Of a stretch of 64,000 bases of DNA, positions 12,663-25,996 are shown in pieces (within the stretch, counting starts at the first letter, position 1; each line of letters starts with the position of its first letter). The stretch covers positions 1 to 64,000 of the forward strand of contig VJWM01000287.1 of NCBI GenBank assembly GCA_010909165.1, in the 5' to 3' direction. The position numbers and the translations under genes were made by a program. The DNA is from Anthoceros angustus. Taxonomy: Eukaryota; Plantae; Anthocerotophyta. A model generated the notes under the pieces. It had not been told where the DNA came from. It did no database searches and was given only the letters and a program-made list of their open reading frames with translations.

Positions 12663-14094
12663 GCCTAGATAATTCTAGCTTTGAACACTATGGGCCAAAT
12701 AATCTACGCCTATAGGTGGGACATGTAGAGTTGATTTTTAACATTGTTTCTTGCATAAAACACCTCCGTTCATATTATGGACTACTAATCCTACTTTGAT
12801 GCTTATAATCTAGCAGGGTTTCGAATGAACCCCTTCATGTTGCCTTAAGCCCCCAGCTGTACTTGTCAAAGCTGCCTAGCTGGGTAGGGATTCCATGCCC
12901 TACGTCTCCTCCATGGTAGTGTTAAAGCTGCATAGCTGAGTAGGGATTCCATGCTCCGTGGCGGTATCCCTCAAACCGGACCCCAAAAGTCCTTAGCCCT
13001 CCGACCTCCTGAGTGCGGAAGATAAACTCCCGAACCTCAACTTCACTCTCCTCGTTCTGCTTTCGGAGGAGAGAGGTATGATAAGGGTCCTTCGCATTAA
13101 ATTAAATGCTTCTACATATAAAGAGATGTATGACAAGAGAATCTTTCCTCCCTCCATGATAAGGTGCAAAGGTTGAGCAAACTTTATGTCCAAAAACAAA
13201 GCAAGATGTACATCTTTCTAATAAATTGGACTCATCTAACCCCTACCATACCCAAACCATTTTCCAAATACAAAATTCCTCCACAAAACTAACTATAGAT
13301 CATAGAAATTATATTATCATCATTTATTATATGCAATAATTACAACGAGCTAGGTGCTACCGCCATGTTACACTACCAACTTGCACCTTTGCCTTTCACA
13401 ATGCAGTGAGCCATAACTTTGTGGTATCTCGCGTGAGGGAACTTGCACCAAGTCTTCAAAGCGATCTTGGTCCTCATGCCTTGGCCAGGCGGTGGCGGCA
13501 TTGCTACATCAAAATCTACCTACCCTCGAACCCCGCATGGGAGTTATCTTATGTATGGGTTTTCCGTGGCATGATAGCGCTTGCCACCATTGCAAATGGT
13601 TTTATATTTCGTTAACGATCTTTGTTCTTTTGTAATTATTCCTTAAGAAATATTTTCTTCTGTGACCACTACCCATGAAGGCTTTTCTTTTGTGTATTTT
13701 GAAAGCCATTTTACTTGTTCATACAAGAATGCTCATATATATATAAAGGCTTGTATTTCTAATGAATTTAAGGGAAAAGAAGACTTTATTATAAAAAGAG
13801 ATGGGAAAAACCCATCCACCCCAAAAACAAAGGAGGAAAAACCCAACGAATGGCACCATGTCGGGGATACTAACCCCCACAATCACGCGTTGTATTTCCA
13901 ATAATACCTATTCTAATTTAGACTTTCCTATTATGCGAATATTTAAACACCCTTACAACGATATTTCCATCAATTAATAGCTCCTCGTTGACATGTGCAA
14001 TTTTGGCCATGAAACCATGCATTTAGACGGTTTATTCAACCAATGCTGTTTTCACCCTTCAAAGTAGTGACCGAGTCATTACTCCTAAGAAGAC

Positions 14095-14385
14095 CTTGTC
14101 TACCCTCCGACCTCTTGCACGGTTTGGAAGATTAAATCCATACCTTGTCTATCCTCCGACCTCTTGCAGTTTGGAAGATTAAATCCCATACCTTGTCTAT
14201 CCCTCCACCTCTTGCACGGTTTGAAGATTAACTCCCATATTTCTCTACCCGTCAACCTCTTGCACGTTAAGAAGATTGACTCCCATACCTTCTCTACGTC
14301 CAACCTCTTGCACAGTTAAGAAGATTAACTCCCATACCTTCTCTACCCGTCCACCTCTTGCGGTTAAGAAGATTAACTCCCACAA
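14095..14385 (-). repeat. ~51-nt tandem repeat, ~6 copies (possible 17-aa coding repeat)
   Basis: Unit gtatgggatttaatcttccaaaccgggcaagaggtcggagggatagacaag. Confidence 0.9.
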
Positions 14386-14518
14386 CCTCAACTTCACTCT
14401 CCTCGTTGATGCTTTCGGAGGAGAGAGGGGCAAGAGGTTCTCTAGCCATTAAATTATAGAATTGCTCATATGATGAGAGCGTCGAGGAAGGGGCGTTCGG
14501 GCAAAGATCCTTCCTCAT

Positions 14519-14783
14519 TTATTGATACTTGGTGAGGTTGTATTGTTTGTTCGGGAAAAGATCAAATAATCTACCCCTACAATTCGGACATGTAGAATTG
14601 ATTCTTATCCATGGCATAAAACATGGTTCATAGTGGAAAAGATGACCACATGCATTGACCTTGATGACCTCGTCTTTTTTCAATATCTTCAAGACAAATG
14701 CTACAACATATTGTCTCATTGCCATCGTGCTTAACTCTCGTGATATTTCCGCAACATCTCACAACACTAGGTAGCATGTCCAT
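14519..14783 (-). pseudogene. RING-H2 finger gene copy 2 (frameshifted as assembled)
   Basis: VNACGHLFHYEPCFMPWIRINSTCPNCR; paralogue of 20893-21156. Confidence 0.8.
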
Positions 14784-15424
14784 CCTTTATATTGTATTCA
14801 AAATTTGTATATATTCTTTTTATTATTTCTCTCAAATATGTTCAAATGTCTTGGTTCCTTTCAATATCATAAGCGACTCAATTGTCTAGGTGTTTCCAAG
14901 GTGGAAGATTGCGAGGATGACCGAAACTCAACCAACCACTTGTAAGATCCAAGCGATGCTCACTCCTTTTCATATAACCCTTAATATATCCCTAAATATG
15001 AAAGGCCAAGTTTTGTTTTCTTGTAGTAGGTACTACATATAGATATTTGGCACTACACCGATGCATGACCCTTGATATAGCCTTAGATGTAAAAAGTCCA
15101 AGTCTTGTTCTCTTGTACAGTAGGTAGTATACGTAGATATTAGGTAGTTTGTTTTTGGTATCTTCAAATTTGTTCAATGCTACTCGTATTGGTGCTTCTA
15201 AGTATGATGGCTTGGTTGGGCAACTCAACATTTAAGTCTTCTCAAGTTGTCTTTATGAGTTACAACATCGCTAACAAGGGCCCGAACACCTCTTATAAAG
15301 CTCAAATGGCTAGTGAACTTTCTTTTCTTGTAAGGCCCTAGTAGTGCACTTTTTTCTTTCTTTGGTGAATGGTGAGCGAGAACTACTAAATAAAAAGTTC
15401 CAATGAGAGGTCAAGTACAAATTG

Positions 15425-15680
15425 AAGGAAATTTCTTTTCTTGGAAGGACCCAATGGAGAACTTATTTTCTTGTAAATTTGAAAACTTTCTTTCTTGGAA
15501 GGACCTTTGGAGAACTTTTTTCTTGTAAATTCCAAAAATTTCTTTTCTAGAAGGACCCAATGGAGAACTTATTTTCTTGTAAATTATAATTATTAAACTT
15601 CTATTCGTGTGCCATTTCATCCTAGAGTAGTAAACCTCTTTTCTTGTAAATTCTACACATTAAATTTCTTTTCGTGTGCC
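15425..15680. repeat. ~55-bp AT-rich tandem repeat (also 21830-22040)
   Basis: Unit aatttcttttcttggaaggacccaatggagaacttattttcttgta, 3-4 copies. Confidence 0.85.
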
Positions 15681-18476
15681 ACTTGAGGCAAAATGCCAAA
15701 GAGTGTTTTCTTTTTCGAGAATTTGGAGACTTCATATAGACTTACTTATGCGTCTTCTGAGTCCATCATTAATTAGTGTTGGCTGCATGCTGCAAAGATT
15801 TATTAGAAAGAGGTCAGGCCTCGTTGCTTCCCCCTTTCCACTTGATGAAGGTAGCTCCAGCTTGCTCTAAGGTGTGATGAAATAATCGTAATCAGATCCA
15901 GATATGTCAAACACTCTGCTACCTCGCAAAGATTCCTTCTCTCTCGAATATTCTTTCTTCATATAGATTTGCACATCATTACGCCATTTTTGAGGTGCTC
16001 AGCCAGACTCCACGACACCATGACTTGACTACATGAGGCCTCAATGTTTACTCAATGGTATGTGTGTTCATAAAATCATTAGTAAAACCGCTTGCGAGCA
16101 TTGTAGTTTCTTCAACTCTTGTGTCAATCCAACTTGCACACTTGAGAGCTAGCACCTAGTTAGAAGCCTCTACACTTGTAGTTATGCTCCAACATTGCTT
16201 TCAATACACAGAATGGATTGTTCATTCTAAGCAAATGTGACATGATACACATGTACAAAGTTCCAAATTCAAAGACTAGTACCCACATCTCAACTTCTTC
16301 TTTCACACATAACCGTCGTTACAGTGCTCCAAAAATATCAAGAATGGTATCATTGAGCGCTTTCAAATGGTATCAAAATAATTATAATTGGTTGAGTATT
16401 TGGTGAGAAATTGACCCCGCTTTCTGAAGGTTGCAGAATTACTCAAGGCCCACGTTCTGTCGTTATAGTGACTCAAAAAAAATACATGTTTGATACTATT
16501 ATGTTTTCTTGTTGAGCTCTATCGAGATGATACCAAGATAGTCATAATTGGCCAAGTGTTTTTCAGAAATTTGGCCTCACGTTTTCTAGTCACCACTAAC
16601 CTCACATGGGCCTTTGGTTAGCTCGAGTTTGCTGACCAAATGAAGAGTTTGTGTAGACATCCTTCTTCAAACCAGCACCCCTTATCAGGGTACCTTCGAT
16701 GCATAAGACGATACCTGATCACGTTTGTGAAAACATCAGCCCTCAAAGTGTCTCGATTGTTGTTGAGCATCTCATGGTGTGTAGAATGGGGTTTTACAAG
16801 CACTTGTCTTCATGACATGCCCTCAAGTGCATCTCCATCAACCGCCTACACCTTTGCCAATCACATGAGCGTTTCGTCCTCCACAAAGCGCCCAAAAGTC
16901 TGCAATTTTCTTTTTTTTTTGCTCAGCTGTGCACACATGTGTCTTCATCAAGCTTGAGTGCTTGTATATGTCTTCACCGGCTAGCCGCTTTGAGTGCCGT
17001 TGCATGTGTCTTCCTGTAGCCTCGTGACCCGTCAACTGCGCCGTAGGTTTTCTCTCATGTTGCCAATGTCATCGCTCTTCTGAGAAGGAGATCTCGGGCG
17101 TAAAGGGCTCTCGGCTAGTATGCGAGAGAGCCTCTTGATTCTTGGGAATGGGCTTAATAGGCCCCCTGCCGTGTTTCATGGTTTTTGACCTTGTCTTTAC
17201 TAGAGTTTGGCTAACTATGGTTAGTTGACCCTAGGTTAGTCACTCACTCTAACTAACCTAATCTTCTAGCTAGCCCTCGTGCTTGCGGCTACCATCTATG
17301 CCACGGCCCTCGGCTAGAGATCAAGCGGCTCGGTGTCCACCATAGCATCGCGATTGACTATGTCATTCACGGTGGCTTGCATCAATCCGCCCTAACACCA
17401 ACCGCTTATGTTCATTCGCCTCCTTTTGTCTTCAAGGGCACAAGATGAACCCTCCTCACAATGTTGTCGGCATCTAAAGATAGTACATCTCTACCACGCC
17501 TTCCTTCACGCCCGATGGGTTGACCAATTTTCTTGGGTTCCCGTACATGCATGGGTTCCGTCTGAGCACGGCCGCTCATGACCACTCGACCCTTCCACTT
17601 ATAATGCTAAGGATATGGTATGAGACATATGGTGGGCGCGGGTCGGCGTCCACCACAGTGACTGGGCGGTGAGGAACTTGGTTCGAACTTTGGGATTTCA
17701 CGATGTCATCTGAACTCAAGTCCGCATCGATATCTCTCTTCTCTGCACGCGCATAAGAGTCGGGAGATGGATTCGTGCAGCACGCTCTCCGATCACGCGA
17801 TCGCGATCGCGATCGCGATCCCGATCGATCCCGATCCGATTCGGTTTGATCGGTCTTGCGGTATCAACCGTAGAAAAGTGTTGTGCGCATCCCTCACAAC
17901 CTTCGCAGACTTTGCTACCACACCAATCGACCATGGCATCATCCAAGTCTGGAGGAGACAATCTTCTTCAAAGAGGCGAAGCGCCCGGTCGGCTAGCGGC
18001 CCGCTTCGATGACTTCTACAAGCTCCGGTGTAAAGCCCGATCTTGATAACAATGAATACAAAGTTAAATAGTAGTCTTGTACTTTTACTTATAGACCAAG
18101 GTAAGCTTTAACTTTCTTCCTTTACAAATTATTATTTAGGTAAAATGAGCATGATATATGGATATGTTATAGCAGACTTTCATTATCTAATTATTTATAT
18201 ATGGATGTTTGATATATATTTGATATAATTATGTTAATCACCAAAAATTAAGAAAGATCAAACTTCTATATATACTACAGATGTTGTAAAAATTATAATA
18301 TTTATTACTAAAAATAAAACAAATTGATTTGGCATATTATACCTATGAGCTGCATAAGTCATGTAAGAAGGAACCATCATCACTTGGGGGTTACTAATCG
18401 CATTCAACAAATATTTTATAAATTACCTCTTTGAGTTTTGTAGTCTCGAATACTTTCAATATTGTGCAGATGCGCC

Positions 18477-18839
18477 TGACATCTCACGAGCTTGGGGGTC
18501 CAACCACAGTGAAGAAGCCACTTGCGAATCGAGAGAGTCGATTATGGGAGCACACGGTTCTTGTACCGCCGCCGGGTTCACCGCTTTACCCGAGCTAACT
18601 TAACTCTGGATGGGTTAGTGACTAATTGGGGTTAGCTTAATCCTACCTAACCTCTAGTTCTAACCTTGTTTCCTTTGTCTAGCTCTAGCGGCTATGTCCT
18701 AGGGTGCACGCTGCGTGCGCCATTACCGTATGCCGAATTTCACGGACGTTGATCGGTGTCCGGTCCTTCTCGTTGAGCTTCTTTCATTGGCTCACGATGG
18801 GCCGTGGGCATCATCCCTTCCTCCGAACGGGACTATGAG
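18477..18839 (-). repeat. Solo-like G1 LTR at the left edge of duplication copy 2
   Basis: Homologous over its full length to 8116-8490; no internal G1 sequence on either side. Confidence 0.85.
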
Positions 18840-20465
18840 CGGGTTTGAGGCCGTGATGTGCAATTGTTATGAATGGAGCTACGAGGCGTTGTCCTAACGA
18901 TTGAAGAAACAACTTGCTTAAAATGATACTCAAGATTATGGCGTCTATGACATAGTTGTAAACTTTTTAACTTTAGTGGTCATACCCTTTGTATGCCGTC
19001 TTTGAACTAGGCATATTTAGAGAATTTAAGTCAATATTTAATAATAATAATAAAGATAGTAATATGCCTACAATAGTTCTAGCTTTGAACACTATGGGCC
19101 AAATAATCTACGCCTATAGGTGGGACATGTAGAGTTGATTTTTAACATTGTTTCTTGCATAAAACACCTCCGTTCATATTATGGACTACTAATCCTACTT
19201 TGATGCTTATAATCTAGCAGGGTTTCGAATGAACCCCTTCATGTTGCCTTAAGCCCCCAGCTGTACTTGTCAAAGCGCCTAGTAGTAGGATTCCATGCCG
19301 TCTCCTCCATGGTAGTGTTAAAGGCGCATAATGAGTAGGGATTCCATGCTCGTGGCGGTATCCCTCAAACCGGACCCCAAAAGTCCTTAGCCCTCAGCCT
19401 CACCGCACTGCGGAAGATAAACTCCCGGAACCTCAACTTCACTCTCCAGTCGCTTTCGGAGAGAGGTATGATAAGGGGTCCTTGCATTAAATTAAATGCT
19501 TCTACATATAAGAGAGATGTATGACAAGAGAATCTTTCCTCCCTCCATGATAAGGTGCAAAGGTTGAGCAAACTTTATGTCCAAAAACAAAGCAAGATGT
19601 ACATCTTTCTAATAAATTGACTCATCTAACTACCATACCCAAACCATTTTCCAAATACAAAAATTCCTCCACAAACTAACTATAGATCATAGAAATTATA
19701 TTATCATCATTTATTATATGCAATAATTACAATACTGCTACCACCATGTTACACTACCAACTTGCACCCGTTTGCCTTTCACAATGCACATGAGCCATAA
19801 CTCGTGGTATCTCGATGAGGGAACTTGCACCAAGTCTTCAAACCGCCGATCTTTGGTCCTCATGCCTTGATCGAGGCGGTGGCGGCATTGCTACATCAAA
19901 ATCTACCTACCCTCGAACCCCTGGAGTTATCTTATGTATGGGTTTTCAACATGATAGCGCTTGCCACCATTGCAAATGGTTTTTATATTTCGTTAACGAT
20001 CTTTGTTCTTTTGTAATTATTCCTTAAGAAATATTTTCTTGCACCGTGACCACTACCCATGAATGTTTTCTTTTGTGTATTTTGAAAGCCATTTTACTTG
20101 TTCATACAAGAATGCTCATATATATATAAAGGCTTGTATTTCTAATGAATTTAAGGGAAAAGAAGACTTTATTATAAAAAGAGATGGGAAAAACCCATCC
20201 ACCCAAAAACAATGGGAGGAAAAACCCAACGAATGGCACCATGTCGGATACTAACCCCCACAATCACGCGTTGTATTTCCAATAATACCTATTCTAATTT
20301 AGACTTTCCTATTATGCTAATATTTAAACACCCTTACAACGATATTTCCATCAATTAATAGCTCTCGTTGACATGTGCAATTTGGCCATGAAACCATGCA
20401 TTTAGGCGGTTTCTGTTCATTTTTTCACCCTTCAAAGTAGTGACCAGGGTCATTACTCCTAAGAA

Positions 20466-20760
20466 GACCTTGTCTACCCTCCGACCTCTTGCCGGTTTGG
20501 AAGATTAAATCCCATACCTTGTCTATCCTCCGACCTCTTGCCCGGTTTGGAAGATTAAATCCCATACCTTGTCTATCCCTCCGACCTCTTGCCCGGTTTG
20601 AAAGATTAACTCCCATATTTTCTACCGTCCAACCTCTTGCCCGTTAAGAAGATTGACTCCCATACCTTCTCTACCCGTCCAACCTCTTTTAGTTAAGAAG
20701 ATTAACTCCCATACCTTCTCTACCCGTCACCTCTTGCCGTTAAGAAGATTAACTCCACAA
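20466..20760 (-). repeat. ~51-nt tandem repeat, ~6 copies
   Basis: Duplicate of 14095-14385. Confidence 0.9.
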
Positions 20761-20892
20761 CCTCAACTTCACTCTCCTCGTTGATGCTTTCAGAGGAGAG
20801 AGGGAAGAGGTTCTCTAGCCATTAAATTATAGAATTGCTCATATGATGAGAGACGACGAAGAAGGGACGTTCGGGCAAAGATCCTTCCTCAT

Positions 20893-21156
20893 TTATTGAT
20901 ACTTGGTGAGGTTGTATTGTTTGTTGAAAAGATCAAATAATCTACCCCTACAATTCGGACATGTAGAATTGATTCTTATCCATGGCATAAAACATGGTTC
21001 ATAGTGGAAAAGATGACCACATGCATTGACCTTGATGACCTCGTCTTTTTTTTCAATATCTTCAAGACAAATGCTACAACATATTGTCTCATTGCCATCG
21101 TACTTGTCTCTCGTGACATTTCCGCCGCAACCTCTCACAACACTAGGTAGCATGTC
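20893..21156 (-). CDS. Small RING-H2 finger protein (putative E3 ligase), copy 3
   Basis: Open frame with all 8 ligands: CSIC...ACGHLFHYEPC...W...TCPNCR. Confidence 0.7.
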   Translation of the reverse strand, partial: DMLPSVVRGCGGNVTRDKYDGNETICCSICLEDIEKKDEVIKVNACGHLFHYEPCFMPWIRINSTCPNCRGRLFDLFNKQYNLTKYQ

Positions 21157-22959
21157 CATCCTTTATATTGTATTCAAAATTTGTATATATTCTTTTTTTA
21201 TTTATTTCTCTCAAATATGTCTAAATGTCTTGGTTCCTCTCAATATCATAAGCGACTCAATTGTCTAGGTATTTCCGAGGTGGAAGATTGCGAGGATGAC
21301 CGAAACTCAATCAACCACTTGTAAGATACAAGTGATGCTCACTCCTTTTCATATAACCCGTAATACACCTTCAAATATGAAAGGCCAAGTTTTGTTTTCT
21401 TGTAGTAGGTACTACATATAGATATTTGGCACTACACCGATGCATGACCCTTGATACACCCCTAGATGTAGAAAGGCCAAGTCTTGTTCTCTTGTACAGT
21501 AGGTAGTATATGTAGATATTAACTAGTTTGTTTTTGGTATCTTCAAATTTGTTTGTTGCTACTCGTATTGGTACTTCTAAGTATGATGGCTTGGCTGCGC
21601 AACTCAACATTTAAGTCTTCTCAAGTTGCTTTTATGAGTTATAATGTCACTAACAAGAGAACTGAACCAGCCTCTTATAAAGCTCAATGAGCCTCTTATA
21701 AAGCTCAAATGGCTAGTGAACTTTCTTTTCTTGTAAGGCCCTAGTAGTGCACTTTTTTTCTTTCTTTGGTGAATGGTGAACGAGAACTACTAAATAAAAA
21801 GTTCCAATGAAAAGTCAAGTACAAATGGAAGGAAATTTCTTTTCTTGGAAGGACCCAATGGAGAACTTATTTTCTTGTAAATTCAAAAACTTTCTTTCTT
21901 TGGAAGGACCCACCGGAGAACTTCTTTTCTTGTAAATTCCAAAAATTTCTTTTCGTGGAAGGACCCAATGGAGAACTTCTTTTCTTGTAAATTACAATTA
22001 TTTCTTGTAAATTCTAGACATTAAATTTCTTTTCGTGTGCCACTTCAGGCAAAATGCCAAAGAGTGTTTTCTTTTTCGAGAACTTGGAGACTTCATACAG
22101 ACTTACTTATGCATCTTCTGAGTTTGTCAGTTATTAGTGTTGGCTGCATGCTGTAAAGATTTATGAGAAAGAGATCAGATTTATGAAAAACCACTTGCTG
22201 AGCATTGTAGTTTCTTCAACTCTTGTGTCAATCCAACTGTGCACACTTGAGAGCTAGCACCCAGTTCTGAGAAGCCTCTACACTTGTAGTTATGCTTCAA
22301 CATTGTTTTCAATACACAGCAATGGATTGTTCATTCTAAGCATATGTGACATGATACACATGTACAAACACTACTAGAAATAGCGTTTTTTGTTATGCTG
22401 CAGTATTACAGAATATTGCCTTTTTGTTACGTAAATGATGGCTTTGTTACACAAGGCATCTGGCCCGCCGGACCTAAGAACTGTAATAAACCTTGTAACA
22501 TGAAGACTGTGACAACCAATTCTTATAACGGTCATAAGGTCCAGGTAGGCACCGGGCGTGTATCGCCATTAACCCGGGTCGTGAGTTTCTAACCCGGTGC
22601 CGATAATGCTCTGCCAGTGGATGAGGGACGCTTTGCTTGTTTTCACGCAGCGCCATGCTTTGGGATCAAGTGAGTGGTGGAGGTATTTATTTTGAATTCT
22701 AAAGGTTTCGGTTTCTACCGGGGTTTTGATGCCTCTCCGACATGTGTGAACTTGCCATGTGGCATGTACAATGTCCGCTTAGCCACATTATATTCTCGCA
22801 TGACGATCGAATTTATACCACAGATTTTATAGATGGCTCTAAACAGAATACATATAAGTTCGTAAACTGTGATGTACCATACTCTGATCACAGCATTTTA
22901 TCGCACGAGTTTGCGGGGTTCACCACGCACGGATCTTTTGGAGTTTTGTGCATCGAAGC

Positions 22960-24500
22960 ACTAATCATAATCACCACTGGATCTGATGCCCCAGATCCTC
23001 ATGGCCTTTTTCGCCTTTTGCCTTTCGCTCAGTCCTCGAGGGTTTGTAGTCATTTTTCCCCGCTGATGCAAGGCTGAATGCCATCGCCTCATGCACATCG
23101 TCATCTGCTCATGTGAGAAAGAATCCACATCAACCCCACAACGCACATGACATGCATGTGGACATATAAATTTGGTCATGGCAGCTCACCTTCGACTTCC
23201 CCTTAGCACTTGCGGCACTTTGATTCACTGCTGCAGCTCGAGCCCTCGTTACTTTGCCCTCCAATGTGGCAGCGCGGTGTACTTTATGCCGTCCCCCTGT
23301 TCTTGGAACTTTCCACTTACGCGGTTCAGCATTTTCAAAATCGTCCGTGTCAAATTCTGATTGGCCTCCTCCTAGTGACTCTGATGTTGTGGCATCTGCC
23401 ACCGTATGTCGTTTTCCATGTCCTTTCACCCTCTCCGCTTCCTCCTCCTTTGTTGCTTCCCCATCCTCGTTGTCTTCGTCTCCCGCATTACCTTCACTCT
23501 TCTCATCTTCGAATCACCTTCGTGATCCCTTCTTCTTCATCCGCATTTTTCCCTTCGCACCATCCACGCCGCTTTCATACTGCTACCTTCTGAATCCAGA
23601 TCAATTATTGCAGATTTTCGTGAATGCTTTGACCCATTTCTCTTCGTGGCGTCTCGCTTGGCCCTGATGCATACCCTCAGGGATTTCAAAAACTTGGGCA
23701 CCGACTCGCGCTCCTGCACATCCCATAGTTCCTGCATTTTTGTTAGTGGGCGGAGTGATCCAAAATCACACTCCTCGTCAGTTGGCTCCCTCCCATACTT
23801 CTCTTGGAACTTAAAAACCCATCCAGTCTCAGACCGGCCCCATGGATTGGGCCCTTCTCCATTTGATTTCTCCGAGTCTTAGTGTAAGTGATGCCTTGGA
23901 TGGCAAAAATTTCCATCTTTGAGTTCAACCCATGCCCATGTGAGAATCTCCCGCCATACCCTTTCATCAGTTAGTGGAGGCTGAAAAGTTGCTGTCAATT
24001 TTTTGCCTACCCTCTTCTCCTCCAGAGCGCAGGCTTTGGCTACCTCGACATACCTGCTGTTCCTTGTACGAGTGTATTGGCTGAACTCTGAAGAAATCAT
24101 CCCCTTTGCGAGAAGATCCTAAACCGAGTAGCACCATATTTTCTTCCTCCGAGACAACGGCAAGTCGCTCCACTTTCCGAATTTCGCTGCCGCCAGACAT
24201 TTCCATGAACTTCTTATGCCTCGGGACAACAAGCCTCTGGTCAATGTAGATGGAGGCTTTGGCTTCCCGTGTGCTCCATATCTTCGCACACTTAGTGCCA
24301 CCGTGCACCTTGAATCCACCCTACTCCCGTGTTTTCAGCAAAGCTCGGACCATTCGGTGTTGTCTATTCCACCCACAACCGCCTCGCCCATCTTTGCGAA
24401 ACATTGTGGGGAGGAAGCACACGCCTCCGACAAAGTTCCTGCCCATACCTCGTAATGCGCCAGCCCAAGCGAGCAACACGATGGCCACCGAGATTCCCTT
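22960..24500 (-). pseudogene. Probable CACTA ORF2 (TnpA-like), fragmented
   Basis: Position downstream of TnpD and charged ORF fragments (23130-23429, 23537-23737, 23879-24308). No diagnostic motif recognised. Confidence 0.45.
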
Positions 24501-25803
24501 CCGCTCAAAAGCTTCTTGGGAATCCGAACTTCATCAGTGGGATGAAATCCTCCCCCATGCCATGCTTTGGCCGGTGATGCCTCGGATCCCACATCGATTT
24601 CCATTTCTCCCCAAACTCCGGCCGTCTGGAAATCAAAAGCGCTACCATGCACAAAGACAGACTGCCGACAGGAAAACAAGTAGGAGGGCATGTGGACGAC
24701 ACAAGACATGGTCATACTAGGCAATTGCATGCGACCCGCTCACTTTCAATCGGGAATTCAAAGATAGCCTACAAAGGATTGCACTATGCATCACAATACA
24801 ACCATCCACCACAACGATATGAACATGTAATAGTTCAGTCCTCGACCGTCGTCACCAGCCATACATCACGGTAGGGACCATTGATTTACATTGGCTAATC
24901 CTGCAGTGCCCAAGCAAGATCGTAAGTTTGGGACGCAAGCCCACGCCCTGGGGATGCATGACCACAACCTCGCCACACATCCACCTTATTGCAGGCAAGC
25001 AGGTATTTCAATCCTTCAAGCCCGGTTGATTGCGAAAACCAAATGATGTTCAGGAGCTGAAACGAAATATCGGACACATCGGAAGCTATGGAAGGCGGTA
25101 AGTGCACACCTCGGAAGGTGTGCGTCGACACAGGCGTCGATTCTTCGTCTTCCTGATCAACCAAGCTTGCATGGAAAAAACCTCTACATTTCTTGCGGAC
25201 GGTGGTTGTTCCCTGCAAAGTAGAAAACAACGAGTCTAACCGTGTCCGGGATAGCGACAACGGCATGCGCCGCCGATTGGATGTTGTTGGCACGCTAGCG
25301 ATGGGAAGAAATGTCACGTGGTATGCTTCTTCACATCACGGTCGAGCCATACGCAAAAGTCAATATCGATGCGAATGCTATATTGAACCTACACACCTCA
25401 CGCCACGGATTGCTGCTTAATTCAAATTGTGGGGCTGCCACATTGCGCCGTGCGGACGAATGACTGTTCCCTCGATGTACGCCCGCACCATGTGACGAAT
25501 GACCAGCAAGAATGAACGTGCTCCATAGTATGTCTCGAAATGGCTGCCAATATCGCGGATCTTCTCTCCCCTCTTCCGCGGTGTGGCCACCAGATCGTGT
25601 TCTCAACGATTTTATTGCGTATACACGGTATGCATGCAAACCGGTGGAGGGCGATCTCTTGCCACCTTGAGTATACACGGGCATGCACTTGCCACCTTCA
25701 GTGCTTGTTACATTGAAGTTGCGGCGTATCCGCCTCATTAAGCAGCCAAATCCTTAAACATGAAAAACCTTTAATATGAAAACCTTAATGCTATATTTTA
25801 GAA

Positions 25804-25996
25804 AATGCCATTATCGAAGGACAATGGCCATTATCCTTGGACAATGGCCATTGTCCTTCGATAATGGCCATTGTCCAAGGACAATGGCCATTAGCCAAGG
25901 ACAATGGCCATTAGCCAAGGACAATGGCCATTAGCCAAGGACAATGGCCATTAGCCAAGGACAATGGCCATTAGCCAAGGACAATGGCCATTGTCC
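25804..25996. repeat. 20-bp tandem array of palindromic units
   Basis: AATGGCCATT core every 20 bp, 9 times (25823-25992). The fullest units are the palindrome GGACAATGGCCATTGTCC. Confidence 0.97.

Larger units (their letters stand above)
12440..16258 (+). repeat. Segmental duplication, copy 1 (~3.8 kb)
   Basis: Colinear and highly similar to 18849-22368 from gtgatgtgcaat...ggagctacgaggcg to gacatgatacacatgtacaaa. Confidence 0.95.
18849..22368 (+). repeat. Segmental duplication, copy 2
   Basis: See copy 1. It lacks ~15820-16080 and ends exactly at the CACTA terminus. Confidence 0.95.

Noticed and set aside
14095-14385. CRISPR-like array (also 7440-7760, 25804-25996, 50470-51535, 61201-61350)
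   Set aside because: Units are contiguous with no unique spacers, there are no cas genes, and the context is eukaryotic.
17785-17840. (GATCGC)n palindromic run near short ORFs
   Set aside because: Simple microsatellite; the surrounding ORFs have no recognisable product.
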